Origin: Cyanobacteria bacterium J06626_4
GTDB taxonomy: Bacteria > Cyanobacteriota > Cyanobacteriia > Phormidesmidales > Phormidesmidaceae
NCBI GenBank assembly: GCA_038523235.1
Contig: JBCBJQ010000011.1
Coordinates: 32,001 to 96,000, forward strand
Direction: 5' to 3'
Length of the DNA: 64,000 nt
Positions 32,197-42,060 of the stretch are shown here, piece after piece. A program made the translations under genes and the position numbers. Position 1 is the first letter of the stretch, and the number at the start of each line of letters is the position of its first letter. The notes beneath the pieces were generated by a model. It did not search any database. It saw only the letters and a program-made list of their open reading frames with translations, and was not told where the DNA came from.

Positions 32197-32227
32197 CACA
32201 TTAATGGGGGTTAATTCGCAGGTTAAG
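32197..32227 (-). promoter_or_regulatory. Possible Pho box (SphR) upstream of the Na/Pi symporter
   Basis: Minus strand CTTAACCT...ATTAACCC..ATTAATGT; three TTAA cores spaced 12 and 10 bp. Confidence 0.4.
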
Positions 32228-32319
32228 TCCCCGATCAACAGAATGAATGGGCTTCTGCAGCCAATGTCACTAGCCTTTGAGGGGGCGCCATCGGGTATTC
32301 CCTAGGGGCGGTTCTATGC

Positions 32320-33465
32320 TCAAGACTTGAGCACGGCTTGCACGGCTCGTTGTTGATCGCGGCGAGTAATCCAGCGGTGGTAAGTGCGATTGTGAATCGC
32401 GACCGAGTGCCCCATCATGCGAGCCGCCACAGTATCCGGCACCCCTAAAAGAATCGTGCGTACAGCCCAAGCATGACGCAAATCATAGGGTGAGAAGGGA
32501 ATCTCATAGCGGCGAAACTGCAGGGTGACTTGCTGACCAATTCGCTGCAGGGTGGTTTTCGCTAAATCAAATTCGACGTCGGGCAGCGTCTGGTCGCGCA
32601 GGCCAAATTCGTCAATCCACTGCGGTGGAAACGGCCATACGTCGTGGGCACCAGTTTTCGTGACGTCCAGGACTTCGATCGCCGCTTCGGCATCCCCCTT
32701 TATCAACGCCCGACAGTCACAGAAAAACACCTCGTGATTGCGCAAGCCGTAGGCAGCCATCATGCCGTAAACACACTGCCACGCTGGGTTGGGAATGCGA
32801 TGAAACCACTGCAGAATTTCGTCATCAGTCGGCAACTGGCGCATCTGGGTGCGACTGCTGCCATATTTGCCCCACAGGGTCTTCAAATCAATCGGCAGCT
32901 CAAGGCCGAGGTAAGCAGCGAAAGCATCCATCGCGGTGCAGCAAACCTGGCGACTGCGAGAGTTGGCTCGCGTGCCCTTGACGGTGGCGACAATGGCCTC
33001 CGGCAGGCTCAACGACCGGCGATCGCTGAGTTCCTGCAGTTTTTTAAGGTAAGGGCGGTAGGCCTTCTCCCAAGTGGCTTTGACCGATGCGGGGTGCTTA
33101 TCGGGGTCGGCGGCGGCCGCGTCAAGATAGTGCTGGGCAAAGGCGGCAATTTTGTCCGTCAGTTCATCTGAGCCCAAAACCGCCCCCCGCTGCACCAGAT
33201 AAGGTCGCCAGTCAAAGGTCTGTTCGATCAGGCGGGCGGCAATGACCTTGGCTTCTTGCTCTGCCTGCTTGAGGGCAGTTTTATGGGCGGGCAGCTTGAG
33301 GGGAATGCGCTGTTGATAGGGGTGATAGCGATCGCTGCCGGGACGCGGCGGCAGCGTGCCGCGCAGGGCTAGCATATCGCCCCGTCGCTCAATCTTGAGC
33401 CCCAAGCGAGCCGCTTTGAGTCGCTGGTTGACTTTGACAATGTGGGGATCGAGCGGATGCGTCAT
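32320..33465 (-). CDS. Tyrosine recombinase / site-specific integrase, XisA/XisC-like
   Basis: Catalytic set YGLR, TKTG, YDLRH, GHS, TY; N-terminal LKIERRG..LALRGTLPPRPG...FDW. Confidence 0.88.
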   Translation of the reverse strand: MTHPLDPHIVKVNQRLKAARLGLKIERRGDMLALRGTLPPRPGSDRYHPYQQRIPLKLPAHKTALKQAEQEAKVIAARLIEQTFDWRPYLVQRGAVLGSDELTDKIAAFAQHYLDAAAADPDKHPASVKATWEKAYRPYLKKLQELSDRRSLSLPEAIVATVKGTRANSRSRQVCCTAMDAFAAYLGLELPIDLKTLWGKYGSSRTQMRQLPTDDEILQWFHRIPNPAWQCVYGMMAAYGLRNHEVFFCDCRALIKGDAEAAIEVLDVTKTGAHDVWPFPPQWIDEFGLRDQTLPDVEFDLAKTTLQRIGQQVTLQFRRYEIPFSPYDLRHAWAVRTILLGVPDTVAARMMGHSVAIHNRTYHRWITRRDQQRAVQAVLKS

Positions 33466-33761
33466 AGCAAAAGTTATAGATTCTCAGGCCAAGCGGCGGC
33501 GATCCGCCGCCAGCGGTTGCAGGGGCTGCTTAAAAATAGCGTCTCGGCTGACCAGGGGGCAGTTCTGCTCGCCCCTGCCAAAAACCAATGCGCTTCTAGA
33601 AAGACGACCTAAGCACAGAGTCCTGAAGCGATCGCCTCGTTATTGGGTAGATTGCCCAGGGTCGAACTCACGTGGGATCGCCTCAAAACTGTAGAATAAA
33701 CTCTGCGAATACCACGCTTTTTTATTAATCAACCGTAAGGGCAAAAAGGAGAGAAATCACT

Positions 33762-33866
33762 ATGGGCGGCGAGATTGCTAGTACAGCTATTCTACTATCG
33801 ACATTGGTTTTGGTGGGATTGGGCGTTGGCTTTGTGATGCTGCGGTTGCAGGGCGGCGAAGAGTAA
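33762..33866 (+). CDS. petM: Cytochrome b6f subunit VII (34 aa; not in ORF track)
   Basis: MGGEIASTAILLSTLVLVGLGVGFVMLRLQGGEE; SD AGGAG; immediately upstream of ycf39. Confidence 0.88.
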   Translation: MGGEIASTAILLSTLVLVGLGVGFVMLRLQGGEE

Positions 33867-33955
33867 GGTTTCAAGAACCCTGGGTGCAATCAATGGGACA
33901 CCTGGGGTTCATCTGGTATGGTTAGAAGAACGTAAACTTTTGTTTCTAATTTTTC

Positions 33956-34912
33956 ATGAAACTCTTGGTCATCGGTGGCACCGGTACGTTGGGCAGGCAA
34001 ATTGTCCGACGTGCTCTAGATGAAGGGCATGAGGTCTATTGCCTCGTCCGTAGCTTTCAAAGGGGCGGTTTCCTGCGCGAGTGGGGTGCCCAACTTTTGC
34101 GGGGCAATCTCTGTTCGCCACAAACGCTGCCGCCAGCATTAGAAGGGGTAGAGGCAGTGATTGATGCCGCTACGGCGCGGCCCACCGACGCGATCGACAA
34201 AGTGGATTGGGACGGCAAGCTCAACCTGATCAAGGCCGCTAAGGCAGCCGGGGTGAGCCGGTATGTCTTTATTTCGATCCTCAATGCTGAGAAGTACCCT
34301 GACGTGCCGCTGATGAATATCAAGCACTGCACTGAGAAGTTCTTAGCCGACTCCGGGTTGAACTACACAATTTTGCGCCCCTGTGGGTTTTTGCAGGGGT
34401 TGATTGGGCAGTACGCCATTCCCATTTTAGAAAAGCAAGGCATTTGGGTGATGAATGGGGCGGCTCCGATTGCCTATATGAACACTCAAGATATTGCTCG
34501 GTTTGCCATCGCGGCCTTGAGCAACGATGACACGGTTAACCGCAGCTTTCCGCTGGCGGGCAGCCGGGCCTGGGATGCCAACGAAATTATTCGCCTCTGT
34601 GAACGGTTGACGGGGCAAAGCTCTCGGGTTTCTCGCATGCCGTTAGGGTTGCTCAGAACGGTGCAAAAGCTGACTTCCTATTTTGAATGGGGCTGGAATA
34701 TCGCTGATCGCCTCGCGTTTACTGAGGTGGTAGTGGGTGAAGAACCGATGACGGCACCGATGGATGAAGTGTACGGCACGTTTCACATCAATCCCGAAGA
34801 CATCACTACGGTGGAAGAATATCTGGGCGAGTACTTTAGCCGCATTATGAAAAAGCTGAAGGAACTCAACTACGATCGCGAAAAGGCCAGCAAAAAGAAG
34901 CTGCCTTTTTAG
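33956..34912 (+). CDS. ycf39: Ycf39, atypical SDR PSII assembly factor
   Basis: MKLLVIGGTGTLGRQIVRRALDEG, FLREWGA, GLIGQYAIPILE. Confidence 0.88.
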   Translation: MKLLVIGGTGTLGRQIVRRALDEGHEVYCLVRSFQRGGFLREWGAQLLRGNLCSPQTLPPALEGVEAVIDAATARPTDAIDKVDWDGKLNLIKAAKAAGVSRYVFISILNAEKYPDVPLMNIKHCTEKFLADSGLNYTILRPCGFLQGLIGQYAIPILEKQGIWVMNGAAPIAYMNTQDIARFAIAALSNDDTVNRSFPLAGSRAWDANEIIRLCERLTGQSSRVSRMPLGLLRTVQKLTSYFEWGWNIADRLAFTEVVVGEEPMTAPMDEVYGTFHINPEDITTVEEYLGEYFSRIMKKLKELNYDREKASKKKLPF

Positions 34913-34979
34913 GGCCGTACTTGAACGTCCTGCGAAGCATTGTTGCAGGCCAGCAGGACGTTTCTGTTCGACTTTTAAT

Positions 34980-35798
34980 CTAAATGGATAAAGGGAAAAA
35001 GAGCTGCAGATACCAGGTGATTAGCTGCTCTCCCCAAAAAATAGTCACCAGGGCGCCCAATGCTAAGAAGGGGCCAAAAGGAATTGGACTGCGCCGGTTG
35101 AGCAGTCCCAGGGCGATCGCGCCGCCGCCGATCGCGGCCCCCAGCGCACAGGCTAAAAAGCTGCTCAGCAGCATTCCTTGCCAGCCCAGCCAAGCGCCCA
35201 GCAGGGCTGCCAACTTGCCATCACCGCCGCCCATGACGGTCTTGCCCGTCAGTAGTGAGCCCACCAGACCAATACTTTCAAAAATCCAGAGGCCCAGCAC
35301 GGCGCCAATAATGGCCGTCATCAGCCCCTGAGCGGCGGCCGCAATCGCCCAGCTGGCTGGGGCCGAGACCACCACGGTCTGAGCGATGAGCCCCAAGACC
35401 AACCCCGGTTGAGTCAGCTGGTTCGGCAAGGTTAGGGTGTCGAGATCAATAAAGGTAAGGCAGATGAGCCAGCTCAACAGTAGCCAGGTGCTGAGCGTGG
35501 CCCACGACAGCCCAAACTGCCAAAAAGCAGCGAGAAATAAGCCCCCAGTCAGAGCTTCCACCAGGGGATAGCGGGCGGCGATCGCCGTACGACAATAGCG
35601 GCAACGGCCCTTGAGGCAGAGCCAGCCCAGCACCGGCACGTTGTCGTAGGGCCGTAGCTGATGATGACAGACTGGGCAGCGAGAGGGCGGATGCAGCAGC
35701 GAGAGCTGCGCGGGCACCCGATAAATCACCACATTGAGAAAACTCCCAATAGCGGCACCGAGCACCCAGATAATGAGGGGAAATAGTAGATTAATCAA
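34980..35798 (-). CDS. pilD: Prepilin peptidase
   Basis: GSFLNVVIYRVP, two CxxC, FIDLD, MGGGDGKL, PFGPFLA. Confidence 0.92.
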   Translation of the reverse strand: MINLLFPLIIWVLGAAIGSFLNVVIYRVPAQLSLLHPPSRCPVCHHQLRPYDNVPVLGWLCLKGRCRYCRTAIAARYPLVEALTGGLFLAAFWQFGLSWATLSTWLLLSWLICLTFIDLDTLTLPNQLTQPGLVLGLIAQTVVVSAPASWAIAAAAQGLMTAIIGAVLGLWIFESIGLVGSLLTGKTVMGGGDGKLAALLGAWLGWQGMLLSSFLACALGAAIGGGAIALGLLNRRSPIPFGPFLALGALVTIFWGEQLITWYLQLFFPLSI

Positions 35799-35973
35799 AA
35801 CTTATGAGGTCAGCGATCGCTGACAGCTCAAACATCCAGTCGCGTCGGGGGCGTCAGTCATTAACGGCCCCAAGCTTCGAGGTAAGGCCTGGCGGCATCC
35901 GCACCTACGCTATCCACTAGGGGGCTGGAAACGAGGTGTTGCAAGCCATGCACAGCCTAATCAGTAGCCGCTC

Positions 35974-36252
35974 CTAGTGAATATCAGGTTCGATCTGGTT
36001 GAGCGGAATAAAGCATTCGCTGGGTAACAAAACCGGTGGCCCACTAAAGATGAGTTTGCCGCGTCGGGTTTTGCGACTAATCGCCACCCCCATGGGTCGC
36101 TGCAGATCTTCGGGGTGAACTTCGTAGTACGTACGGTAAATATGCCGTGCGGCTTTTAACAAGGCCGGGTCATAAACGGCCGCCGCTCCCGGAATCTCAT
36201 CTGGATAAGGCATTCGTGGCGCAGGTGGGAGCGGCTGGTGATAACTTTGCAC
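35974..36252 (-). CDS. Conserved cyanobacterial hypothetical protein
   Basis: DPALLKAARHIYRTY...RPMGVAI...RGKLIF...PVLLPSECFIP. Confidence 0.65.
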   Translation of the reverse strand: MQSYHQPLPPAPRMPYPDEIPGAAAVYDPALLKAARHIYRTYYEVHPEDLQRPMGVAISRKTRRGKLIFSGPPVLLPSECFIPLNQIEPDIH

Positions 36253-36345
36253 AGCTCAAGAACCCCTAGTTCGTGTATAAAAACTCAGTCAAATATAGCA
36301 GCACTCTACGAGAACGCTATGTTGACGCCGACTTTGCAAAACTTC

Positions 36346-37428
36346 TTAAGCAAGTGCCTTTAGGATAGCGTCTCCCATGCCTCTGCAGCCGACGCCGGTC
36401 ATGCCCTCAGCCATAATATCGCCGGTGCGATACCCCTGATCGAGCACTTGGTTGACAGCCGCTTCAATTTTGTCGGCAGCGGCAGGCTGATTGAGTCCGT
36501 AGCGCAGCATCATGGCAGCGCTCAAGATCTGGGCCAACGGGTTGGCCTGGTCTTGGCCGGCGATGTCGGGGGCTGACCCATGTACTGGCTCAAAGACGCC
36601 TGGTCCGTCAGCCCCTAAGCTGGCCGAGGGCAACATGCCGATACTGCCGGTGAGCATCGCCGCTGCATCTGACAAAATATCGCCAAACAGGTTGCCAGTA
36701 ACAATCGTGTCGAACTGTTTGGGCCAGCGCACCAGCTGCATGGCGGCATTGTCGACATATAAATGAGACAACTCTACATCGCCATAGTCGGCGGCGAGGG
36801 CAGTGATGCGATCGCGCCAGAGCTGAGACACTTCCAGCACGTTGGCTTTATCGACTGAACAGAGACGGCCCTGACGTTTTTGCGCCGTGGCAAAGGCGAC
36901 CCGGCCAATGCGATCGATTTCACTATCCTTGTAGGCCATCGTGCTGACGCCCCGCTTTTCCCCAGTTTCACTCTCAAAGATGCCTTTGGGCTCGCCAAAA
37001 TAGATGCCGCCCGTCAGCTCGCGCACCACCATAATGTTGACACCCTCAACGACCTCACGCTTGAGCGACGAGGCTTCAACCAGCTGCGGCAAAATGGTGG
37101 CCGGACGCAAATTAGCAAACAGCCCTAAGCCTGCCCGCAACCCCAACAAGCCAGTTTCAGGACGCTGATGCCGCGGTAGAGCATCCCACTTATACCCACC
37201 GATCGCGGCCAACAGCACGGCATCACTCTGACGGCAAGTTTCCAGGGTGTCAGCGGGCAGAGGCGTACCCGTCGCGTCAATGGCGACCCCACCCATCAGC
37301 GCTTCCTGAAAATTGAACTCGATATCGAGCTGGCTGCCGACCTGCTGCATCACCTCAACGGTGACGGCCATAATCTCAGGGCCAATGCCGTCTCCTGGCA
37401 GCAGCGTAATGCGAAAAGATTGCGTCAT
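36346..37428 (-). CDS. leuB: 3-isopropylmalate dehydrogenase
   Basis: [42 protein letters not shown]. Confidence 0.97.
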   Translation of the reverse strand: MTQSFRITLLPGDGIGPEIMAVTVEVMQQVGSQLDIEFNFQEALMGGVAIDATGTPLPADTLETCRQSDAVLLAAIGGYKWDALPRHQRPETGLLGLRAGLGLFANLRPATILPQLVEASSLKREVVEGVNIMVVRELTGGIYFGEPKGIFESETGEKRGVSTMAYKDSEIDRIGRVAFATAQKRQGRLCSVDKANVLEVSQLWRDRITALAADYGDVELSHLYVDNAAMQLVRWPKQFDTIVTGNLFGDILSDAAAMLTGSIGMLPSASLGADGPGVFEPVHGSAPDIAGQDQANPLAQILSAAMMLRYGLNQPAAADKIEAAVNQVLDQGYRTGDIMAEGMTGVGCRGMGDAILKALA

Positions 37429-37577
37429 AGATTTGCGATTTACGGAATGTTTGGTGGGGCGGGCTCAGGGAGCAGAAGCTTGCTCAACCCAGGGGCGTAT
37501 TATCCTACGTCTGGGGGCGGTACTCAACTCTTTGCCAATCACCGCTGACTAACGCTTGATTTTTCCCTGAGTAACGG

Positions 37578-38279
37578 ATGGACTATCTCTATTTGCACGG
37601 GTTTGCATCGGGGCCACAGTCGGCCAAGGCGCAGTTTCTCAAGCATCAGTTTGAGCAAATAGGCCAGTCGCTCCACATTTTGGATTTGAATCAGGACGAC
37701 TTTGCCCATCTAACCCTGACGCGCCAGATTCAGCAGAGCCTCGCCTGGATCACTGAACGCAAAGCTGATCCTGTCAGCGCTGAAGTTCAGCCCGTCACAG
37801 TCATCGGTTCCAGCTTTGGCGGTATCACTGCAGCGTGGCTGGCGCAGCAGTCCTTAGCGCGGCCTCATATCGATCACTTGGTTTTGTTGGCCCCGGCGTT
37901 TCAATTTCTCGATCAGTGGTTGCCGCGCCTGGGGACTGCTGCGATTGAGCATTGGCAAACGACTGGCTGGCTATCGATTTACCACTATGGCGAAAAGCAG
38001 CAACGATCGCTGGCCTACAACTTTGTCACCGATGCGGAGCGCTACGACGAAAGTGAGTTGACGACGGCGATTCCTACTCTCATCGTGCATGGTCAGCAGG
38101 ATGAGGTGATCAACATTCAAGCCAGTCGCGATTATGCTGCTGTACGCCCTTGGGTGCAGTTGGTCGAGGTGCCCAGTGACCACAGTTTGGAGACGGCCCA
38201 ACCGATTATATGGCAAGCGATTCAAGACTTTTTGACTTTGCCTGCTGCGATCACTCCGGAGCTTCCCGACCACCCCTGA
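37578..38279 (+). CDS. YqiA/YcfP-like alpha/beta hydrolase
   Basis: YLHGFASGP, GSSFGG, HG..DEV, SDH. Confidence 0.85.
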   Translation: MDYLYLHGFASGPQSAKAQFLKHQFEQIGQSLHILDLNQDDFAHLTLTRQIQQSLAWITERKADPVSAEVQPVTVIGSSFGGITAAWLAQQSLARPHIDHLVLLAPAFQFLDQWLPRLGTAAIEHWQTTGWLSIYHYGEKQQRSLAYNFVTDAERYDESELTTAIPTLIVHGQQDEVINIQASRDYAAVRPWVQLVEVPSDHSLETAQPIIWQAIQDFLTLPAAITPELPDHP

Positions 38280-38295
38280 TGGCCCAACCGATTGC

Positions 38296-39504
38296 TCACT
38301 GCTTGAGCAGCAAAAAATAAAGTGCACCATCAGTATTAATCTGACCGGCCTGTGCACCCGCCTCGTCACCGCTGCCCACAAAGATATCGACGCGCCCCGG
38401 CCCCTGAATTGCGCCGCCGGTATCTTGATTGAGCACATACCGGCTGATGGGAGTAGGCTGCCAATCACCTGTAGCACTCCGTTCAGGCCAATCGAGGGTG
38501 ATCAGCGCGATCGCCCCGGGTGGCATTAGGGTCTTATCGGTCGCGATCGAGCGGCCTGGCGTCACAGGGACAGAGAAGGTCCCGGTCGGTGGCCCACCCG
38601 CCGTTTCTCGAAAGAAGATGAAGCGATCGTTGCGGGGCACATAGACATCCAGGTCTTCCGGATGTTCCGCAAAATAGGCCAGCAGCCGCTCTAGGGTCAT
38701 GCCCTCAGCGGGGACTTTACCATCGTTAATCAGCTCACGACCCAGGCTGACATAGTCGTGCTCGGTGCGTCCGGCATAGCCCACGGAGAGGGGCGTACCA
38801 TCGGTCAGTTGCAACCGAGCCGAACCCTGCACCTGCACCAAAAAGGCTTCAAGGCGATCGCGCATCCACACCAGTTCTAGCCCCTGCAGGGGACCGTTGG
38901 CAGCCTGTAAACCGTCGCGGCCTTCTAGCGCTTGTCGGGTGGGGTGGGGCAGCGGCCAATCGTCGAGATCCGCAGGACGGCGATAAAGCGGATACCGATA
39001 GTCAGCGGTAGGGGTGCGGCTGGCCGCATAGGAGGGCTCAAAGTAGCCAGTAAAGTGAACGGTGCCGAGCTGATCGTTGCCGATCGATTGGTACAGCGCA
39101 AATTCGCGGCGAACAGCGGCGTCAAACTCAGCGGGCGAGTTACTGGTTAGCAGTAGGGTGCGAAATCGTCTTAAGCTGCGGCGCACGCGATCGCGGGTAA
39201 TCGTCGGAATTGCGTAATCCGCGTAGGCGGTGGCCGCAGCGGGCGTGTCTAAATAGGTGAGGCTATGGGCGAGCGCGGTTAACAACTGCAGCTGCGCCGA
39301 TGAGGCGTCGCCTTGCCACAGCAAGTCATCGGCCAAGGCTTGATCTGGCCAGCGCTCTAACCCTTGCAACGGGCGTGGCGCAGGCGTGGGTTGTGATGCT
39401 GCCGGCGGCTCATCCGCCAGTTCAGCGACGACGGGCGCTGAGCCCGAAGTGATCAGCAGCGCGATCGCGCTCAGCGTGGCGAATGCTCGGAATCGTTTAC
39501 TCAA
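38296..39504 (-). CDS. mltA: Membrane-bound lytic transglycosylase MltA
   Basis: FTGYFEP, QVQGSARL, SIATD, QDTGGAIQGPGRVDIF (3D domain). Confidence 0.9.
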   Translation of the reverse strand: MSKRFRAFATLSAIALLITSGSAPVVAELADEPPAASQPTPAPRPLQGLERWPDQALADDLLWQGDASSAQLQLLTALAHSLTYLDTPAAATAYADYAIPTITRDRVRRSLRRFRTLLLTSNSPAEFDAAVRREFALYQSIGNDQLGTVHFTGYFEPSYAASRTPTADYRYPLYRRPADLDDWPLPHPTRQALEGRDGLQAANGPLQGLELVWMRDRLEAFLVQVQGSARLQLTDGTPLSVGYAGRTEHDYVSLGRELINDGKVPAEGMTLERLLAYFAEHPEDLDVYVPRNDRFIFFRETAGGPPTGTFSVPVTPGRSIATDKTLMPPGAIALITLDWPERSATGDWQPTPISRYVLNQDTGGAIQGPGRVDIFVGSGDEAGAQAGQINTDGALYFLLLKQ

Positions 39505-39518
39505 AACCGTTCAACTAC

Positions 39519-39782
39519 TCAATACCGTTCAACACTGGAGCTGAAGATCGGCTCCACCCGAATCGCTAACAGCCGCGAGGGACGAATGACCATATATTCG
39601 CCTGGGTTGATCTTCGGGACGGGGACGCTGATAAACTCATCTGACGTGGCTTTGGGCACAAACTCACCGCTATACCACTTTTGAAAGTCTTGAATGGTCG
39701 AAAACTTGACCTCTTGATGGTGACCGCCATCAAACAGCATATGAACGTTATATTCGCTGGGCGTTCTGGGGGTTCTTGGCAT
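39519..39782 (-). CDS. Conserved hypothetical protein
   Basis: MPRTPRTPSEYNVH...FQKWYS..EYMVIRPS; start ATG 39782. Confidence 0.65.
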   Translation of the reverse strand: MPRTPRTPSEYNVHMLFDGGHHQEVKFSTIQDFQKWYSGEFVPKATSDEFISVPVPKINPGEYMVIRPSRLLAIRVEPIFSSSVERY

Positions 39783-40195
39783 CGTGTTCCCTGTCTTCTC
39801 GAAGATCGCCCCCATAACGGGACGCTATGACAGACAAATTGTACCCAGCGACGGGGCGATCGCTACTGAGAAACGCATAAATGCGCCTGGCACCACACAA
39901 ATCGTTTCCTGATGACGCCTGAGAACCTTGAAGACAGAGGCTCACCGGGTCTCTCGGTATGATGACTAGAACTGAGGCAATAGCCCGCTGAATCTTCCGA
40001 ATCTGGAGACTGTTGAATCCGGTCTCCCAAAATTTGGGGATCGGGGAGCTAAAACCGAATTTAACTGCGTCAGTCCTGATGGTCTTGTGAAACGATATCG
40101 GGCGATCGCCCCCTTGATAGTTCATGAGTGATCACCTTTCTGGAGGCTGTTCGCCCTGGCCTCGTCAACCCTGTGATATCCCTCCCAGAGTCGCC

Positions 40196-40816
40196 ATGAG
40201 TCACCCCTCCCCCAGTCCGACGACCCCTGATCTCTGCCAATATTTGCAGGTTGATGATGTCATCGACTGGCAACACCCTGAGGTGATGGCACTGGCGCAG
40301 CGAATTGGCCAAGCAGGGGACACTCCGACCGCGATCGCCCAGGCTTGTTTTGAGTGGGTACGCGACGAAATCCGGCACAGTGTTGACTATCAAATGAATC
40401 CGGTGACCTGCCGCGCTTCTGATGTGCTGCAACATCGGACGGGCTACTGTTTTGCCAAGAGTCACCTGCTGGCGGCGCTGCTGCGCGCGAATCAGATTCC
40501 CGCTGGCTTTTGCTATCAGCGCTTGAGTATTGATGATGTCGGCTTTCCCTACAGTCTGCATGGCTTTAATGCCGTTTATCTGCCCGCGATCGGGTGGTAT
40601 CGGGTCGATGCCAGAGGCAACAAGCCCGGCGTGGCGGCGCACTTTACTCCGCCTCAGGAACAGTTGGCCTACGCCGTTCGACTGCCAAAAGAGGCCGACT
40701 ATCCCGAGATTTGGCCAAACCCTCTATCTCAGGTGATTGCAGCTTTGCAGACCCACTCAACCTGGGATCGCTTGCTGCGTGAATTACCCGACGTACCCGC
40801 CGCGATATCAATCTGA
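40196..40816 (+). CDS. Transglutaminase-like protein
   Basis: GYCFAKSHLLAALLRA, LHGFN, WYRVD (Cys-His-Asp triad). Confidence 0.85.
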   Translation: MSHPSPSPTTPDLCQYLQVDDVIDWQHPEVMALAQRIGQAGDTPTAIAQACFEWVRDEIRHSVDYQMNPVTCRASDVLQHRTGYCFAKSHLLAALLRANQIPAGFCYQRLSIDDVGFPYSLHGFNAVYLPAIGWYRVDARGNKPGVAAHFTPPQEQLAYAVRLPKEADYPEIWPNPLSQVIAALQTHSTWDRLLRELPDVPAAISI

Positions 40817-40912
40817 AACCGCTGCCGATACTGAGCCGGGTAGACGTTTTCCCTGCTGGTAGTCGGGAGTCCGAGCACTGAAAATGGGAATTACTGCTGA
40901 CGGCGAGCCAGA

Positions 40913-41809
40913 TCACTCCGCAAAGTGCTGATCGATTTGATCGAATTCTGCCTGCGACAGCCGGATTTCCGTAGCCTGCATATTTTCCTCTAGGTGACTT
41001 ACTGTTGTGGTACCGGGAATCAGCAGAATATTCGGCGCTCGTTGTAGCAGCCAAGCGAGGGCAATCTGCGTCGTGCTGGCGCGGTGACTTTCAGCCATCT
41101 CAGCCAGAATGCCGCTGGCCTCAGTTAGCGGTGTGCCCCGCTTGAGCGGATGTGCCCCGAGAGAACCGTGGGGAATAAAGGCGATATCTTGCGCCGTGCA
41201 GTAGTCGAGCAGTGCCGCGTGGGTGCGATCGCTCAAGCTAAAGCGGTTTTGCACTGAGGCAATTGGCACAATCGCTTGAGCGGTCTGCAACTGTTCAAGG
41301 GTGATGTTTGAGAGGCCTACATGCTGAATCTTCCCGGCTTGCTTGAGCGCTGCCAGCGCTTGCACTGATTCTTCAAACGGCACTTTGGGGTCGGGGCGGT
41401 GCAGCTGATACAGGTCGATTTGGTCTTGCTTGAGTCGTCGTAAGCTCCCTTCCACCCCGCGTCGTAGCGTTTCTGGGCGACCGTCTGCCTGAATGTTGTT
41501 CGGGGCAGGTTTGAGAATGCCGCCTTTCGTGGCAATGACCAAGTTCTGAGGATAAGGGGAGAGCGCCTCCGCAATGATGTCTTCGTTATCACCAGGGCCA
41601 TAGGCTTCGGCGGTGTCAATAAAGTTAACGCCTAGCGCGATCGCGGTGCGCAGGAGTGCTTTGCCGCCGGCCCAATCCGCGTAGGGGCCAAAATTGCTCG
41701 GTTGCCCGGTCAGGCGCATCGCTCCGTAGCCCAAGCGGTTAACGGTTAGGTCACCCCCGATCGCGAAAGTTGAGTGAACCAATGGAATTTCAGAATTCAT
41801 GTCCGTCAT
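40913..41809 (-). CDS. Aldo/keto reductase
   Basis: RLGYGAMRL, FIDTAEAYG, IDLYQLH, LLIPGT. Confidence 0.92.
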   Translation of the reverse strand: MTDMNSEIPLVHSTFAIGGDLTVNRLGYGAMRLTGQPSNFGPYADWAGGKALLRTAIALGVNFIDTAEAYGPGDNEDIIAEALSPYPQNLVIATKGGILKPAPNNIQADGRPETLRRGVEGSLRRLKQDQIDLYQLHRPDPKVPFEESVQALAALKQAGKIQHVGLSNITLEQLQTAQAIVPIASVQNRFSLSDRTHAALLDYCTAQDIAFIPHGSLGAHPLKRGTPLTEASGILAEMAESHRASTTQIALAWLLQRAPNILLIPGTTTVSHLEENMQATEIRLSQAEFDQIDQHFAE

Positions 41810-41821
41810 AGTGAGTTGCCT

Positions 41822-41971
41822 TCAATATTTGGGTAAGGAATGATGTGGTGATCGCGGAAGGTGTGAAACAGCGACAAAAACCATCGCTTCGCTTCCCGAC
41901 AAAGACTGAATGAGGTTCTGGCCCATGCCGCCTGAAGCCCCGACTACCAAAGATTTCTTTTTCATCATCAT
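41822..41971 (-). pseudogene. Collapsed relic of an SDR oxidoreductase (PRISE/progesterone 5-beta-reductase-like)
   Basis: N-terminal Rossmann motif KKKSLVVGASGGMGQNLIQSL joined directly to SEAM and, after a 1-nt shift, FLSLFHTFRDHHIIP, which resembles the family C-terminus. Confidence 0.6.
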
Positions 41972-42060
41972 TCACGCTATCTGTGACCTGAACTCACTAT
42001 GGCAGCAGTCTCAGATATTTGGTAGACGAGTGATAAAAATAGCTGTTATGCTTTTTGCGT

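Noticed and set aside
32038..33762. Prophage or integrative element around the integrase
   Set aside because: No att repeats, tRNA, phage genes or compositional shift seen
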